DNA from: Octopus sinensis
Taxonomy: Eukaryota
Reading direction: 5' to 3'
DNA: 64,000 bases
Assembly (NCBI RefSeq): GCF_006345805.1
Contig: NC_043024.1
Span: 434,001 to 498,000 of the forward strand
Made by a program: the position numbers and the translations under genes. The notes beneath the pieces were generated by a model. It worked only from the letters and a program-made list of their open reading frames with translations. It was not told the DNA's origin and did no database searches. Shown piece after piece: positions 62,858 to 64,000 of this stretch; positions within the stretch are counted from its first letter, which is position 1, and each line of letters opens with the position of its first letter.

Positions 62858-64000
62858 GGCTCACATCCCACGTCCCTGCCTGCCCACTTTCGTTTCCTAA
62901 CCTCCCTCGCCCCCACCTGTTTTTATTATTCACATGGACCCTAATATTTTAAATGCTTGCAATAATCCTTCATTGTGCCTCTTTCCTCACCTCTCAATCT
63001 CTCAACTTTCTAGCCCTTAAGTTTACAAAGTCCAACCACACCCCTACTCTTTTCATCCTAACATTCGGTTTTACCCCCCACCAATCTTGATTGCGGATCT
63101 GCCCCTGGAGCCTAAAAAACATAGCCTTGCAGGATTTCATTATGTGTCTTTCAGTTGTAAGTTCAAATCCTACCCAATCCTTCTTTGTCTTTCATCCTTC
63201 TGGGGTGGGGGTCACTAAAATCAATAGCAACACAGTGGAACTCGGCCTGAAACCACATAGTTCAAAAGTAAACTTCAAAAGCCAGGGTATTCGAAGTTGT
63301 TATTTCCTAAGAAGTGAAGGATATGTTGTTTGAGTCTCATTAATACATCTCTCTCAAATATGGCACAGCTGTGTCGTAAGAGGTTTGCTTTGCAGCTACA
63401 TGGCTCTAAGTTCACTCCCACTGCATGGCATCTTCAACAGGTATCTTCAGCTATAGCCCTGGGCCATCCAGGGCCTTCTGAGTGGATGTAGTGAACAGAA
63501 GCCTTTTGTGTGTGTATCAATCAATGAGAGAGATGGAAGATGAAATGAGAATCTGTATAAATCCTTACAATCGTTTTGACCCATCTAGCACCAATCCCTT
63601 GCAGTGCGATTTATTAATTACTATGTATATATAATGTATGTATGTATGTATGTATGTGTTGTTGTCCAGTCCAGATCAGCACTTATCACACAAGTAAAGT
63701 GGTTGGCATAAGGAAAGGTGTCCAGCTGTGACAACCATGCTAAAACAGACAATGGAGCTTGGTGCAGTCCTCTGGCTTGTAAGCATGGAAGATGGACTTA
63801 AATGACGGTGATGAACACTGGGGTTGACGTAATTGACTTACTCTTGCCTCCAAAATTTCTTGCTTTGTGCCAAAATTTGAAACTAGTATTTTCCATAAGT
63901 TATTTTATATAAACATCATCATCCGCATCTTTTAAAAAGATGGCATGGATTGGAGAGTTTGACAGGTGCTGACCAAGCAGGAGCCTACACCAAGCTTCTG

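Overview
This is eukaryotic, AT-rich, microsatellite- and SINE-dense DNA. The repeat families look like those of Octopus genomes, which is my inference and not a database result. Two spliced genes could be reconstructed by hand with consistent GT-AG boundaries and reading phases. One is an ALDH9A1-like aldehyde dehydrogenase on the minus strand (9 coding exons, 38273->24235, 516 aa). The other is a secreted GH18 chitinase-family gene on the plus strand (8 coding exons, 49505->62857, 379 aa, no chitin-binding module). They are arranged head-to-head, and both start-codon exons begin at splice acceptors. The remainder is decayed mobile DNA: Penelope-like, mariner, hAT, piggyBac-type MITE, gypsy, CR1, RTE, R4/Dong-like and several SINE families. 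Main highlights: (1) three unrelated repeat families carry minimal hammerhead-ribozyme motifs with palindromic helix III, each using a different 3-8 core pair (C3-G8, U3-A8, G3-C8); (2) a 420-bp near-perfect inverted duplication pairs an upstream intron with the last 10 codons and donor site of chitinase exon 7; (3) a U1 snRNA copy is fused in reverse to a CR1 3' tail; (4) a putative 5'ETS plus 18S rRNA fragment is fused to an R4/Dong-like LINE 3' end; (5) the chitinase keeps its catalytic acids but appears to have lost the cleft tryptophans. SINE and LINE boundaries are approximate and only representative copies are listed.
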